From positions 1-29,843 of the forward strand of contig JAJXSQ010000001.1 of assembly GCA_021784495.1 (NCBI GenBank): a DNA stretch of 29,843 nucleotides, in the 5' to 3' direction. Every line of letters begins with the position of its first letter. The first letter of the stretch is position 1. Of the stretch, positions 11,310-19,579 are shown piece after piece. A program made the translations under genes and the position numbers. Source of the DNA: Myxococcales bacterium (lineage in GTDB: Bacteria > Myxococcota > Myxococcia > Myxococcales > Anaeromyxobacteraceae). The notes beneath the pieces are model-generated. The model worked only from the letters and a program-made list of their open reading frames with translations, made no database searches and was not told where the DNA came from.

Positions 11310-11821
11310 GGCGCGGGGCAGCTCGCGGGGAGGAGCGGCTCGACCGCGGCGGCGAGGCTCCCCCGGTCGACCGGCCCGTCGAAGGCTTGCCGGACCGCGC
11401 CGGCGGCGTCGACGACGTAGGTCCGCGGGTAGCCGGGGACCCGCCAGGCGGCGGCGGCCTCGCCCCGCGCGTCGACGAGGATCGGGTACGGGATCCGGCG
11501 CGCCGCGGCGGCGACGTCCTCGCGCGGCGACTCCTCGACCACCCCCAGGAGCTCGAAGCACCGGCCGCGCCATCCGCGCCAGGCGGCGGCGAGGCCCGGG
11601 AGCTCCTCCTGGCAGGGCGGGCACCAGGTCGCCCAGAAGTTCACGACGACCACCCGGCCGCGGAGCGCGGCGAGGTCGACCGTGCGACCGCCGAGGTCCG
11701 GCAGCGCCAGCGGCGGGGTGGGGCCGCCGGGCGGCAGGGTCCGGTCCGCCTTCTGGACCAGGATCTGGGCGGCGACCACCGCAGCGACGAGGAGCACCGC
11801 GAGCTTGAGCCAGCCGCGCAT
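11306..11821 (-). CDS. TlpA/ResA-family thiol-disulfide oxidoreductase, membrane anchored
   Basis: 171 aa with an N-terminal TM segment, VVNFWATWCPPCQEELP and YPRTYVVD. Confidence 0.9.
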   Translation of the reverse strand: MRGWLKLAVLLVAAVVAAQILVQKADRTLPPGGPTPPLALPDLGGRTVDLAALRGRVVVVNFWATWCPPCQEELPGLAAAWRGWRGRCFELLGVVEESPREDVAAAARRIPYPILVDARGEAAAAWRVPGYPRTYVVDAAGAVRQAFDGPVDRGSLAAAVEPLLPASCPAP

Positions 11822-11824
11822 CGT

Positions 11825-13483
11825 TCACTTCCCGCTGCCGACGCTCCCCGCGGCGCTGCCGAGCCCGAGGGTGAAGAGCGTCTTCAGATCGTCGTCGGTG
11901 AAGAAGAGGCCGCCGCCGAAGAAGACGTCGGCGCCGACCGAGAAGCGCGGCCCCCCGGGGTAGTGGCCGCTCCGCCAGGCGTTCAGGAAGTCGTCGGCCC
12001 CCGCGGTCGCGTAGAAGTGCTGGAGGAGCGTGTAGTTGGCCCAGAGCTTCGCGTTCGGGAAGACGCCCGGCCAGGAGGGGCGCGAGAACTGGTAGACCTG
12101 CGTCGAGATCTGGAGCCGGTCGTCGAGGAGGAAGAGGTCCGAGCCGACGCCGCCCGAGCTCTCGATCACCCCGACCCGGAAGGCGATCGGCCCGTACCGC
12201 TTGGCGAGCTCGAGGCTGAAGGTGAGGCTCTGCTGGTGGAGGGTGGTGGTGACCTGCGAGGTGCTGTCCTTCCCGGTCACCGGGTTGCGGGTGGTGATCG
12301 TCGAGGTCGACACGGTGTCCACCCCGCGCGGATCCGAGATCACGTCGAAGACGTAGTACTGGTCCGGTCGGGGGACGATCCGGCCGCCGAAGTAGGTCTT
12401 CGAGCCGGTCTGGTTCAGGAGCCACTCGGAGCGGAGCCGCAGGACGATCTGGAGCCGCTCGAGCGAGTCGACGTACCCCGAGATGGCCTCGATGGTGTTG
12501 CCGAGCTGCTGCCCCATCCGCTCGTCGGTGAGCAGCCGACCGGCGACGCTCTTCCCGTCCTGGACCTTGGCGAGGAGATCGTCGAGCCGCTTCAGGTTGT
12601 CGTTCGCCTTCTCGATCGCCTGCTTCACGCCCTTCGCCTCGGCGGACGCTCCCGCCGTCCCCGGCGCTCCCGCGGCCCCCGGCGCACCCGCTGCACCCGC
12701 GGCTCCCGGCGCACCCGGCGCGCCGCCCGCGCCGTCGAGGATCCCCTGGGCGCTGGCCAGCGCCTGGCGGAGCTGCACCGTGAGGGCGGCGACGTTCTCG
12801 ATGATCTCCTTCATCCGGTCCTTCTCGGAGCCCGTCACCTCCCGCAGGTCGCGGGAGATCCCCTCGGCGTTGGCGATGAGCCGGGTGAGCTGACCGGCGT
12901 TCTCGGCGACGGTGGCGTCGAGCTGGCGGGTGAGCTGCGCGAGGTTCTCGATGATCTCCCGCATCGAGCCGCGGGGACCCCCGACCGTCTTGGCCAGATC
13001 GCCGGTCACGACCTGGACGTCGGCGGCGATCTTGGCCATCGCGTCGAGGAGCTGCTGCACGCTCGTCGACTCCCGCACGCAGGTGATCTCGCGCCGCTCG
13101 ACGGGGAGGCTCGCGAGCGGGGGGGCGCCCGGACTGCCCGGGGACACCTCGAGCTGCGCGTCGGGCAGGAGGGCCGAGGGGAAGCTCTTGATGAGGCAGG
13201 CGTCGGTCCGCAGCTCGACGTCGTTCTTGATGCGCAGCTCGAGCCGGGCGCGGTCCCCCTCCAGCGCGATGCGCGCCACCTCGCCCACCTGGATCCCGGC
13301 GATCTGGACCCGGCTCTTCCAGGTGAGGCCGGTCGCGTCCCGGAAGCGGGCGTGGACCAGGTAGCTCTCGCTCTCGGAGTACCCGCCCTTCCGGAAGAAG
13401 GTGAACGCGAGCAGGAAGGCGGCGCCGGTGGCGGCGACCAGGGCGCCGACCGCGAGGGCCTTGTTGAGGGTGGGTCGGATCAC
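11825..13483 (-). CDS. mlaD: MlaD/MCE-family protein with long helical region and beta-rich C-terminal domain
   Basis: 552 aa from GTG 13483. TM helix, MCE domain (ARFRDATGL...VQIAGIQVGEV), about 200 aa of heptad-like helices, and about 210 aa of aromatic/beta-strand C-terminus. Confidence 0.88.
   Translation of the reverse strand: MIRPTLNKALAVGALVAATGAAFLLAFTFFRKGGYSESESYLVHARFRDATGLTWKSRVQIAGIQVGEVARIALEGDRARLELRIKNDVELRTDACLIKSFPSALLPDAQLEVSPGSPGAPPLASLPVERREITCVRESTSVQQLLDAMAKIAADVQVVTGDLAKTVGGPRGSMREIIENLAQLTRQLDATVAENAGQLTRLIANAEGISRDLREVTGSEKDRMKEIIENVAALTVQLRQALASAQGILDGAGGAPGAPGAAGAAGAPGAAGAPGTAGASAEAKGVKQAIEKANDNLKRLDDLLAKVQDGKSVAGRLLTDERMGQQLGNTIEAISGYVDSLERLQIVLRLRSEWLLNQTGSKTYFGGRIVPRPDQYYVFDVISDPRGVDTVSTSTITTRNPVTGKDSTSQVTTTLHQQSLTFSLELAKRYGPIAFRVGVIESSGGVGSDLFLLDDRLQISTQVYQFSRPSWPGVFPNAKLWANYTLLQHFYATAGADDFLNAWRSGHYPGGPRFSVGADVFFGGGLFFTDDDLKTLFTLGLGSAAGSVGSGK
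12644..12733 (-). repeat. Gly-X-Y (collagen-like) low-complexity tract within MlaD
   Basis: GAG GAP GAP GAA GAA GAP GAA GAP GTA GAS: ten consecutive triplets, encoded by degenerate 9-nt units. Confidence 0.8.
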
Positions 13484-13493
13484 GCGCGGCCGA

Positions 13494-14234
13494 TCACTGC
13501 TTGGCGAACCAGGTCGAGAGGAAGCGCTGCACGAACGGGTCGGTGCTGGCCCGGACCTGGGCGGGCGTCCCCTCGGCCGCCAGGCGGCCATCGTAGAGCA
13601 CCGCCAGCCGATCGGCCACCTTGAAGGCGCTGGCGACGTCGTGGCTGATCACCATGGAGGTGATGCCGAGCCGCTGCTTGGCCGCCATGATCATCTGGTC
13701 GACCGAGTCGGTGGTGAGCGGGTCGAGGCCGGTGGTGGGCTCGTCGTAGAGGACCACCCGCGGGTCGGAGACCAGGGCGCGGGCCAGCGCGACCCGCTTG
13801 CGCATCCCGCCGGACAGCTCCGCCGGGTAGCGGTCGAGCACCTCCTCGCCGAGGTCGACCACCGCCAGCTTCTCGACCACCCGGCGGCGCACCTCGTCGA
13901 GCCGGACGTCGCGCCGCTTCTCCCGGAGGGGGAAGGCGACGTTCTCCAGCACGGTCATCGAGTCGAAGAGCGCCGCCCCCTGGAAGACCATCCCGAAGCT
14001 GCGCCGGGCCTCGGTGAGCGCCCGCCCCTCGAGCGCCGAGATCTCGGCGTCCCCGACCCGGACCGAGCCCCGATCCGGCTTGAGGAGCCCGATGACGTGC
14101 TTGAGGAGCACCGTCTTCCCCGAGCCCGATCCGCCCAGGACGACGTAGGTGGTCCCCGGCGCCACGCGCAGCGAGACGCCCCGCAGCACGTGGTTGTCGC
14201 CGAACGATTTCCAGAGATCGATCGCCTCGATCAC
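13494..14234 (-). CDS. mlaF: MlaF-type ABC ATP-binding protein
   Basis: 246 aa from GTG 14234, with GGSGSGKT, FQGAALFDSM, LSGGMRKR, LYDEPTTGLDP and SHD. Confidence 0.92.
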   Translation of the reverse strand: MIEAIDLWKSFGDNHVLRGVSLRVAPGTTYVVLGGSGSGKTVLLKHVIGLLKPDRGSVRVGDAEISALEGRALTEARRSFGMVFQGAALFDSMTVLENVAFPLREKRRDVRLDEVRRRVVEKLAVVDLGEEVLDRYPAELSGGMRKRVALARALVSDPRVVLYDEPTTGLDPLTTDSVDQMIMAAKQRLGITSMVISHDVASAFKVADRLAVLYDGRLAAEGTPAQVRASTDPFVQRFLSTWFAKQ

Positions 14235-15001
14235 CCGCGCCCCCCGAGCGCCACCAGGGTCACCGCGTAGTCGGTGACCAGGATCGCGATGGAGCTGGTC
14301 ACCACCGCCCGGGTGGTCCCCTCGCCCACCCCGCGCGCGCCGCCCGAGGCCGCGTAGCCGCGCCAGGTGGAGATGAGCGCGATCACCCCGCCGAAGAGGA
14401 GCGCCTTGAGGAGCCCGTGGAGCAGGTCGCCGGGATCGAGGAACCCGCGGGTGTGCTCGAGGAACGGCCCCTCGGGGATCCCGGCGACGAAGATCCCCAT
14501 CACCCAGGCCCCGAGGTATCCGAGGGTGTCGAAGACCATCGTCAGGAGCGGGACCATGGTGACCGCCGCGACGATCCGGGGCACCACCAGGTACTGGATC
14601 GGGCTGACCGCCATCGACTCCATCGCGTCCAGCTGCTCGGTGACGCGCATCGTGCCGAGCTCGGTGGCGATGGCGCTGCCGGCGCGCCCGGTCACCATGA
14701 GCGCGGTCAGGACGGGGGCGAGCTCGCGCGCCAGCGAGAACGCGACCGAGCCGCCCACGTACCCCTCGGCGGCGAACTGCCGGAGCGCGTAGTTCATCTG
14801 CAGCGCCAGGACCATCCCGGTGAAGATGCCGGTGACGCCGACGATGAAGACCGACCCGGCGCCGATGAAGGCCATCTGCGCCAGCACGAGCTCCGGCCGG
14901 AACGGGGGCCGCACGGCCCACGCGAAGGCCTCGAAGCCGAAGAAGATCATCCGCCCGAAGTCCTCGAGGATCGCCGCGAGCCGCCGCATCCCCGGCATCA
15001 T
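14231..15001 (-). CDS. mlaE: MlaE-type ABC permease
   Basis: 256 aa with RELAPVLTALMVTGRAGSAIATELGTMRVTEQLDAME and GVGEGTTRAVV. The exact start (15001, 14998 or 14989) is uncertain. Confidence 0.93.
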   Translation of the reverse strand: MMPGMRRLAAILEDFGRMIFFGFEAFAWAVRPPFRPELVLAQMAFIGAGSVFIVGVTGIFTGMVLALQMNYALRQFAAEGYVGGSVAFSLARELAPVLTALMVTGRAGSAIATELGTMRVTEQLDAMESMAVSPIQYLVVPRIVAAVTMVPLLTMVFDTLGYLGAWVMGIFVAGIPEGPFLEHTRGFLDPGDLLHGLLKALLFGGVIALISTWRGYAASGGARGVGEGTTRAVVTSSIAILVTDYAVTLVALGGRG

Positions 15002-15081
15002 CGCATGGTTCGCCGCCCCCCGGCCGGCCTCGGCCGGGGCGCCGCACGCCGCCGGCGCGTTTCCTGTATGCTGGTCGGCCC

Positions 15082-15489
15082 ATGATCAAGGCCGGCGGCG
15101 AGGTGGATGCGTTCTGCGTGAAGTGCGATCTGACGCTGGCTCACACCGTCCACGCGGTGGTGAGCGGCAAGCCCGTGAAGGTGGAGTGCAACACCTGTCA
15201 CGCGGTCCACCGGTACCGCGCGCCGGCCGGCGCCGCCGGGGCCGCGGCGCGGACCACCCCGAAGAAGGGGCGGGAGCCGCGGGAGAAGCGGGTGGTGACC
15301 AGCTTCGACGATCTCCTGGCGGCCCGGAAGGGCGCGCCCATCCCCTACTCGCCCCGCCACGCCTTCGCCGAGGGCGACGTCGTGGAGCACCCGACCTTCG
15401 GCCGCGGGTTCGTCTCCGGGGTGCGGAGCGACAAGGTGGAGGTCACCTTCCGGAGCGACGTCAAGACCCTGGTCCACGCCCGCAGCTGA
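15082..15489 (+). CDS. Hypothetical protein with an N-terminal CxxC...CxxC/H zinc-ribbon and a C-terminal Tudor/SH3-like domain
   Basis: 135 aa: FCVKC...ECNTCHAVH, a basic linker, then GDVVEHPTFGRGFV...VEVTF. Candidate -10 TATGCT at 15067-15072. Confidence 0.8.
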   Translation: MIKAGGEVDAFCVKCDLTLAHTVHAVVSGKPVKVECNTCHAVHRYRAPAGAAGAAARTTPKKGREPREKRVVTSFDDLLAARKGAPIPYSPRHAFAEGDVVEHPTFGRGFVSGVRSDKVEVTFRSDVKTLVHARS

Positions 15490-16183
15490 GCGCCTCCCCG
15501 CGGAGGAGCGCGAGGGCGGCGAGCAGGTCCGGCGGCGCGGGCGCCTCGACGACGAGGTCGCCCCCTCCCGGGTGACGCAGCTCGAGCCGCGCCGCGTGGA
15601 GCGGCGTCCGCTCGAGCACCGCCTCCCCGCCGGGCCCGGCGAGCGGCGCCGCGGCGCCGTAGGCCGGGTCGACGAGCAGCGGGTGGCCCGCCGCCGCGAG
15701 GTGCACGCGGATCTGGTGGGTCCGGCCGGTCTCCGGGCGGGCCTCGACCCACGCCGCCGCCGGCCGGCCGGCGGCGGCGGGGAACGCCTCGAGGACGCGG
15801 AACGCGGTCGCCGCGGCCTTCCCGCGCGGATCGCCCGGCGCCGCGGGGCGGGTGCGCCCGCGCCGCGCCGGCGCCAGCGGCAGGTCGATCCGGAACCGCT
15901 CCGGGGGGAGGCCGGCGACGAGCGCCAGGTAGGTCTTGCGCGGGGTCCCGCCCTCGAACTGCAGGTTGATCGCGCGGTGCGCCGCCGCGCTGCGGGCGAG
16001 GAGCAGGACGCCGCTGGTGCCGCGGTCGAGGCGGTGGACGATCCAGAGCGGGCCGTGGAGCGCCTCCAGCTCCGCCCGCAGCGCGGGCTCGTCGCCGTCG
16101 CGGCCGGGGATCACGAGCCGGCCGGGCGGCTTGTCGATCGCCAGGAGGGCGTCGTCGAGGAGCAGGATCCGCGGCGCCGTCAC
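15461..16183 (-). CDS. RluA-family RNA pseudouridine synthase (no S4 domain)
   Basis: 240 aa with AIDKPPG, VHRLDRGTSG (catalytic Asp), KTYLALV, TGRTHQIRVHL and LHAARL. Confidence 0.92.
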   Translation of the reverse strand: MTAPRILLLDDALLAIDKPPGRLVIPGRDGDEPALRAELEALHGPLWIVHRLDRGTSGVLLLARSAAAHRAINLQFEGGTPRKTYLALVAGLPPERFRIDLPLAPARRGRTRPAAPGDPRGKAAATAFRVLEAFPAAAGRPAAAWVEARPETGRTHQIRVHLAAAGHPLLVDPAYGAAAPLAGPGGEAVLERTPLHAARLELRHPGGGDLVVEAPAPPDLLAALALLRGEALSCGRGPGS

Positions 16184-16187
16184 CGGG

Positions 16188-17507
16188 TCACATCACCGCG
16201 CCCGGGGCGACGACCGTCACCGGGCCGAGGTGCTCGAGCTGGGGCGCGAGCCGGCGGGCCGGGCCGACCGCCACCACCAGGCGACCCTCCCCGCCGAAGC
16301 TCCGGGCGGAGAGCGCCCGGCAGGCGGCGGCGTCGACCGCGGCGAGCCGCTCCCGGAAGCCGGTCACCTCGTCCGGGCCGAGGCCGTAGAGCTCCACCTC
16401 GACGAGCTTCTCGGCCCACGCCTCGTGGGTCTCGAGCGAGAGCGGGTGGAGCCCGCCGAGGTAGGCGCGCATCCGGTCGAGCTCCTCCGCGGTCGGGCCC
16501 TCGTCGGCGAAGCGGGCCAGCTCGGCGAGCGCCACCCGCACGAGCTCGCCGGCGCTCTCGACCTTGGTGAAGGAGGAGACCACGAAGAGCCCCCCCGCGC
16601 GCGCGGACGCGAAGCGACCGCGGACGCCGTAGGAGAGCCCCCGGTCCACCCGGATCGCCTCCATGAGCCTGGAGGTGAACCCTCCCCCCAGCACCGCGCC
16701 GGCCACGACGCCGGCGGCGTGCTCCGCGCTCGCGCGGGGGAGGCCGGGGAAGCCGAGCCGGATCTGCGCCTGCCCCTGCTCGGGGCGATCGACGATGACC
16801 ACGCGCCGATCGCGCGGCCGGGAGACCGGCGCGACCTCCAGGTCGCCCCCCGGCGCCGCGCGCCACCCCCCGAAGCGCCGGCGGACGAGCGCCAGGGCCG
16901 CCGGGACGTCGATCGGCCCGACGAGGACGACCGTGGCCCGGGAGGGCCGCCAGCGGAGGGCGTGGAAGGCGACCACCTCCGCGCGCGTGGTCCGCCGGAG
17001 GTCGCGGGCGAGCCCCTCCGAGGGGTGGCCGTACGGATGGTCCCCGTAGCCGAAGCGGAGGAGCGCCCGGTCGGCCAGCACCCCCGGCTCGGACGCGTCG
17101 TGCGCCAGCCCCGCCACCTCGCGCCGGCGGAGCCGGGCCACCTCCGCGGGGGCGAGGCCCGGCGTCGCGGCGACGTCGGCCACGAGCCCGAGGGACCGTC
17201 CGAGCTCGCCGACCGGCACCGAGAGCCCCGCGACCGCCGCGTCCTCGTCCACGCCGATCCCGAGCTCGCCCCCCGTGGCCTCGACCGCGGCGTCGAGCCG
17301 CTCCCCCGGCAGCCGGCGAGTCCCCCGGCGCGCCGAGAGCGCCACCAGGCTGGCGAGCCCGGCGCGCCCCGGGGGATCGAGCGCCGAGCCGGCGCGCAGG
17401 AGCAGCCGGATCGCGGCGAGGGGGATGCCGGCGCGCCGGGCGACGACCACCTCGAGGCCGCTCGGCAGCCGCTCGCGGACGAGCGGCGGCTGGACGACGC
17501 CGCTCAC
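16188..17507 (-). CDS. M16 (pitrilysin/MPP-like) peptidase, non-catalytic subunit
   Basis: 439 aa from GTG 17507 (GTGA overlap). M16 fold motifs (LPSGLEV, LGGGFTSRL...IRVDRGLSYG), with the HXXEH site replaced by SLVAL. Confidence 0.88.
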   Translation of the reverse strand: MSGVVQPPLVRERLPSGLEVVVARRAGIPLAAIRLLLRAGSALDPPGRAGLASLVALSARRGTRRLPGERLDAAVEATGGELGIGVDEDAAVAGLSVPVGELGRSLGLVADVAATPGLAPAEVARLRRREVAGLAHDASEPGVLADRALLRFGYGDHPYGHPSEGLARDLRRTTRAEVVAFHALRWRPSRATVVLVGPIDVPAALALVRRRFGGWRAAPGGDLEVAPVSRPRDRRVVIVDRPEQGQAQIRLGFPGLPRASAEHAAGVVAGAVLGGGFTSRLMEAIRVDRGLSYGVRGRFASARAGGLFVVSSFTKVESAGELVRVALAELARFADEGPTAEELDRMRAYLGGLHPLSLETHEAWAEKLVEVELYGLGPDEVTGFRERLAAVDAAACRALSARSFGGEGRLVVAVGPARRLAPQLEHLGPVTVVAPGAVM

Positions 17508-18790
17508 CGCGCCTCCCGCGGGTCGAGGATCACCGTCGAGCGCCGCGCCGGGTCGAGCCAGGCGCGCGCCGCCCGCCGGAGGTCGGCCGGCCCGAGCGCC
17601 TCGTAGCGGCCGAGCGCGCGCGCGGCCTCGCGCCAGTCGCCGAGGAGCGCCTCGGCCTGGCCGAGCGCCTGCGCCAGGCCGTGGTGGGTCCCCAGCTCGT
17701 GCAGGAGGGCGCTCCGCAGGAGCGCCCGGGCCCGCCGCAGCTCGGCGCCCGCCACCGGGCGGTCGGCCAGCCGGGCGACCTCCTCCAGGATCATCCGCTC
17801 CGCCCGGTCCGCCCGCCCGCCGGGCGGGAGCTCCGCGAAGACCATGAAGACCCCGGGGTCGATCCGCCACCCCCAGGAGGCGTTGACCGAGACCGCGCCG
17901 CCGCCGTGGATCATCCGCCGCCGGAGCCGCGACGCCTCCCCGATCGCCAGGCAGGCCTGCACCAGGTCGAGCGCCAGGGAGTCGGGGCTCCGCGCGGCCG
18001 GGCCGCGCCAGCCGACGAGGATCGCCGGCGCCTCGGCCGGGAAGCCGATGATCGCCTGCCGCGGGCCGCGCTGCTCCGGCTCGTCCCCCGGCGTCCGCGC
18101 CAGGGGCGGCCGGGCCGGGAGGTGGCCGTAGCGCCGCTCGAGGAGCTGCAGCGCGCGATCGGGGTCGACGTCGCCGACGAGGTAGACGGCGGCGTTGGAC
18201 GGGGCGTAGGCGCTGCGGAAGAAGGCCTCGCAGTCGGCCCGGGTGATCCGCTCGATGTCGGCCATCCACCCGACCACCGGCCAGCGGTACGGGTGCGCCA
18301 GGAAGACGAGCGCCTCGAGCTGCTCCTCCATGAGGCCGAAGGCGGAGTCGTCGGTGCGCAGCCGCCGCTCCTCCTTCACCACCGCCCGCTCCTGCTCCAG
18401 CACCGCGTCGTCGATCCGGAGCGACTCCATCCGGTCCGACTCCAGATCGGCCACGACCTCGAGGGCGTCGGCGGCGAAGTCGTCGTGGTACACGGTGAGA
18501 TCGGTGGAGGTGAAGGCGTTCGAGTGCCCTCCCCGCCCCTCGAGGACCCGGTCGAACTCCTTGGGGCCGTAGCGCGCCGCGCCGTTGAACATCATGTGCT
18601 CGAACAGGTGGCTGATGCCGGTGATCCCCGGCCGCTCGTCCCGCGAGCCGACCTGGAAGAAGGTCTGGTAGCTCACGGTCGGCCAGCCGCGCTCCGCCAG
18701 GACCCGCAGGCGCAGCCCGTTCGAGAGGCTCACCGCGTGGACCGCGCCGGGATCGAAGGGGGCCTCGGGATCGAGCTCGGGTCCGCGCAT
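17504..18790 (-). CDS. M16 zinc peptidase, catalytic subunit
   Basis: 428 aa from ATG 18790, with GSRDE..GITGISHLFEHMMF (HXXEH), NAFTS, ERAVVKEERR and HPYRWPVVG. Confidence 0.92.
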   Translation of the reverse strand: MRGPELDPEAPFDPGAVHAVSLSNGLRLRVLAERGWPTVSYQTFFQVGSRDERPGITGISHLFEHMMFNGAARYGPKEFDRVLEGRGGHSNAFTSTDLTVYHDDFAADALEVVADLESDRMESLRIDDAVLEQERAVVKEERRLRTDDSAFGLMEEQLEALVFLAHPYRWPVVGWMADIERITRADCEAFFRSAYAPSNAAVYLVGDVDPDRALQLLERRYGHLPARPPLARTPGDEPEQRGPRQAIIGFPAEAPAILVGWRGPAARSPDSLALDLVQACLAIGEASRLRRRMIHGGGAVSVNASWGWRIDPGVFMVFAELPPGGRADRAERMILEEVARLADRPVAGAELRRARALLRSALLHELGTHHGLAQALGQAEALLGDWREAARALGRYEALGPADLRRAARAWLDPARRSTVILDPREAR

Positions 18791-18799
18791 GGCGCCCGG

Positions 18800-18829
18800 A
18801 CCATAGCGGCGGAGCGGTCGGGCGTCCAA
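18800..18829 (-). promoter_or_regulatory. Sigma70-like promoter for the M16 operon
   Basis: TTGGAC-18 nt-TATGGT, 9 nt before the ATG; no SD. Confidence 0.45.
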
Positions 18830-18978
18830 CGGCGCCCGACCGGGGAGGTCGCCATTCCTGCGATGGGTCGGTCCGCACCCCCGTGCGGCTCTACAGTGGG
18901 TCCGTGGACAACCAGCGATGTCAACCCTATTGAATCTACGCTGGCGGGGGCACCACTCCATTCCGGGATAGACCAGGC

Positions 18979-19224
18979 ATGTCGAACAAGTCGAAGCCCA
19001 TGCGAGACCCCCGCGCCGAGGACCTGCGGCGGCTCGGGGAAAAGATCCGTGACCAGCGGCGCCACAAGGGGCTCACCCAGGAGCGGCTTGCGGAATCGCT
19101 CGGCCTCTCGGTGGCGTACATCAGCCTGATCGAGCGCGGGGGGCGCAACCCCCCGTACACGACGGTCGTGGCCATCGCCCGGGCGCTCGAGGCGCCGGCG
19201 TCCCGCCTCGTCGCGGAGGAGTGA
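18979..19224 (+). CDS. XRE-family (Cro/C1-type) HTH transcriptional regulator
   Basis: 81 aa: LGEKIRDQRRHKGLTQERLAESLGLSVAYISLIERGGRNP. An alternative start is at ATG 19000. Confidence 0.92.
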   Translation: MSNKSKPMRDPRAEDLRRLGEKIRDQRRHKGLTQERLAESLGLSVAYISLIERGGRNPPYTTVVAIARALEAPASRLVAEE

Positions 19225-19230
19225 GCGCCG

Positions 19231-19485
19231 TCACCGCCCCCGGGAGCGCGCCGGGGGGAGATCGAGGGGACGGCCGCAGGCCGCGCACCGCCCCGCCCGG
19301 CGGCGAAGCGGCAGCCCACAGCCGGCGCATCGCTTCCCGTCGCCGCCGCGCGAGGTCGCCCGCGCGGCCCGCCCATCGCCCGGGCCCACGCGGCCGGTCT
19401 CGAGCGCCGCGACCCGCTCCTCGAGCGCCGAGAGCCGGAAGGCCAGCGCGGCGCGGCCGCGGTCCGGGTTGCTGGGAGGCGCCAC
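19231..19485 (-). CDS. Small hypothetical protein with a coiled-coil and a double CxxC zinc ribbon
   Basis: 84 aa: RLSALEERVAALE, then CAGC-x10-CAAC. A well-spaced promoter lies 6 nt upstream of the GTG. Confidence 0.68.
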   Translation of the reverse strand: MAPPSNPDRGRAALAFRLSALEERVAALETGRVGPGDGRAARATSRGGDGKRCAGCGLPLRRRAGRCAACGRPLDLPPARSRGR

Positions 19486-19491
19486 GCGCCC

Positions 19492-19519
19492 AGACTAGAG
19501 CGTCGCGGGCGGGGCGCAA
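19492..19519 (-). promoter_or_regulatory. Promoter giving a leaderless transcript for the small Zn-ribbon ORF
   Basis: TTGCGC-16 nt-TAGTCT-6 nt-GTG. Confidence 0.55.
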
Positions 19520-19579
19520 CTTTCCGCGCGCCGCGGGACCTTCCGGCCCGCCTGGCGGCATGCTATCCCCGCTCGATCC

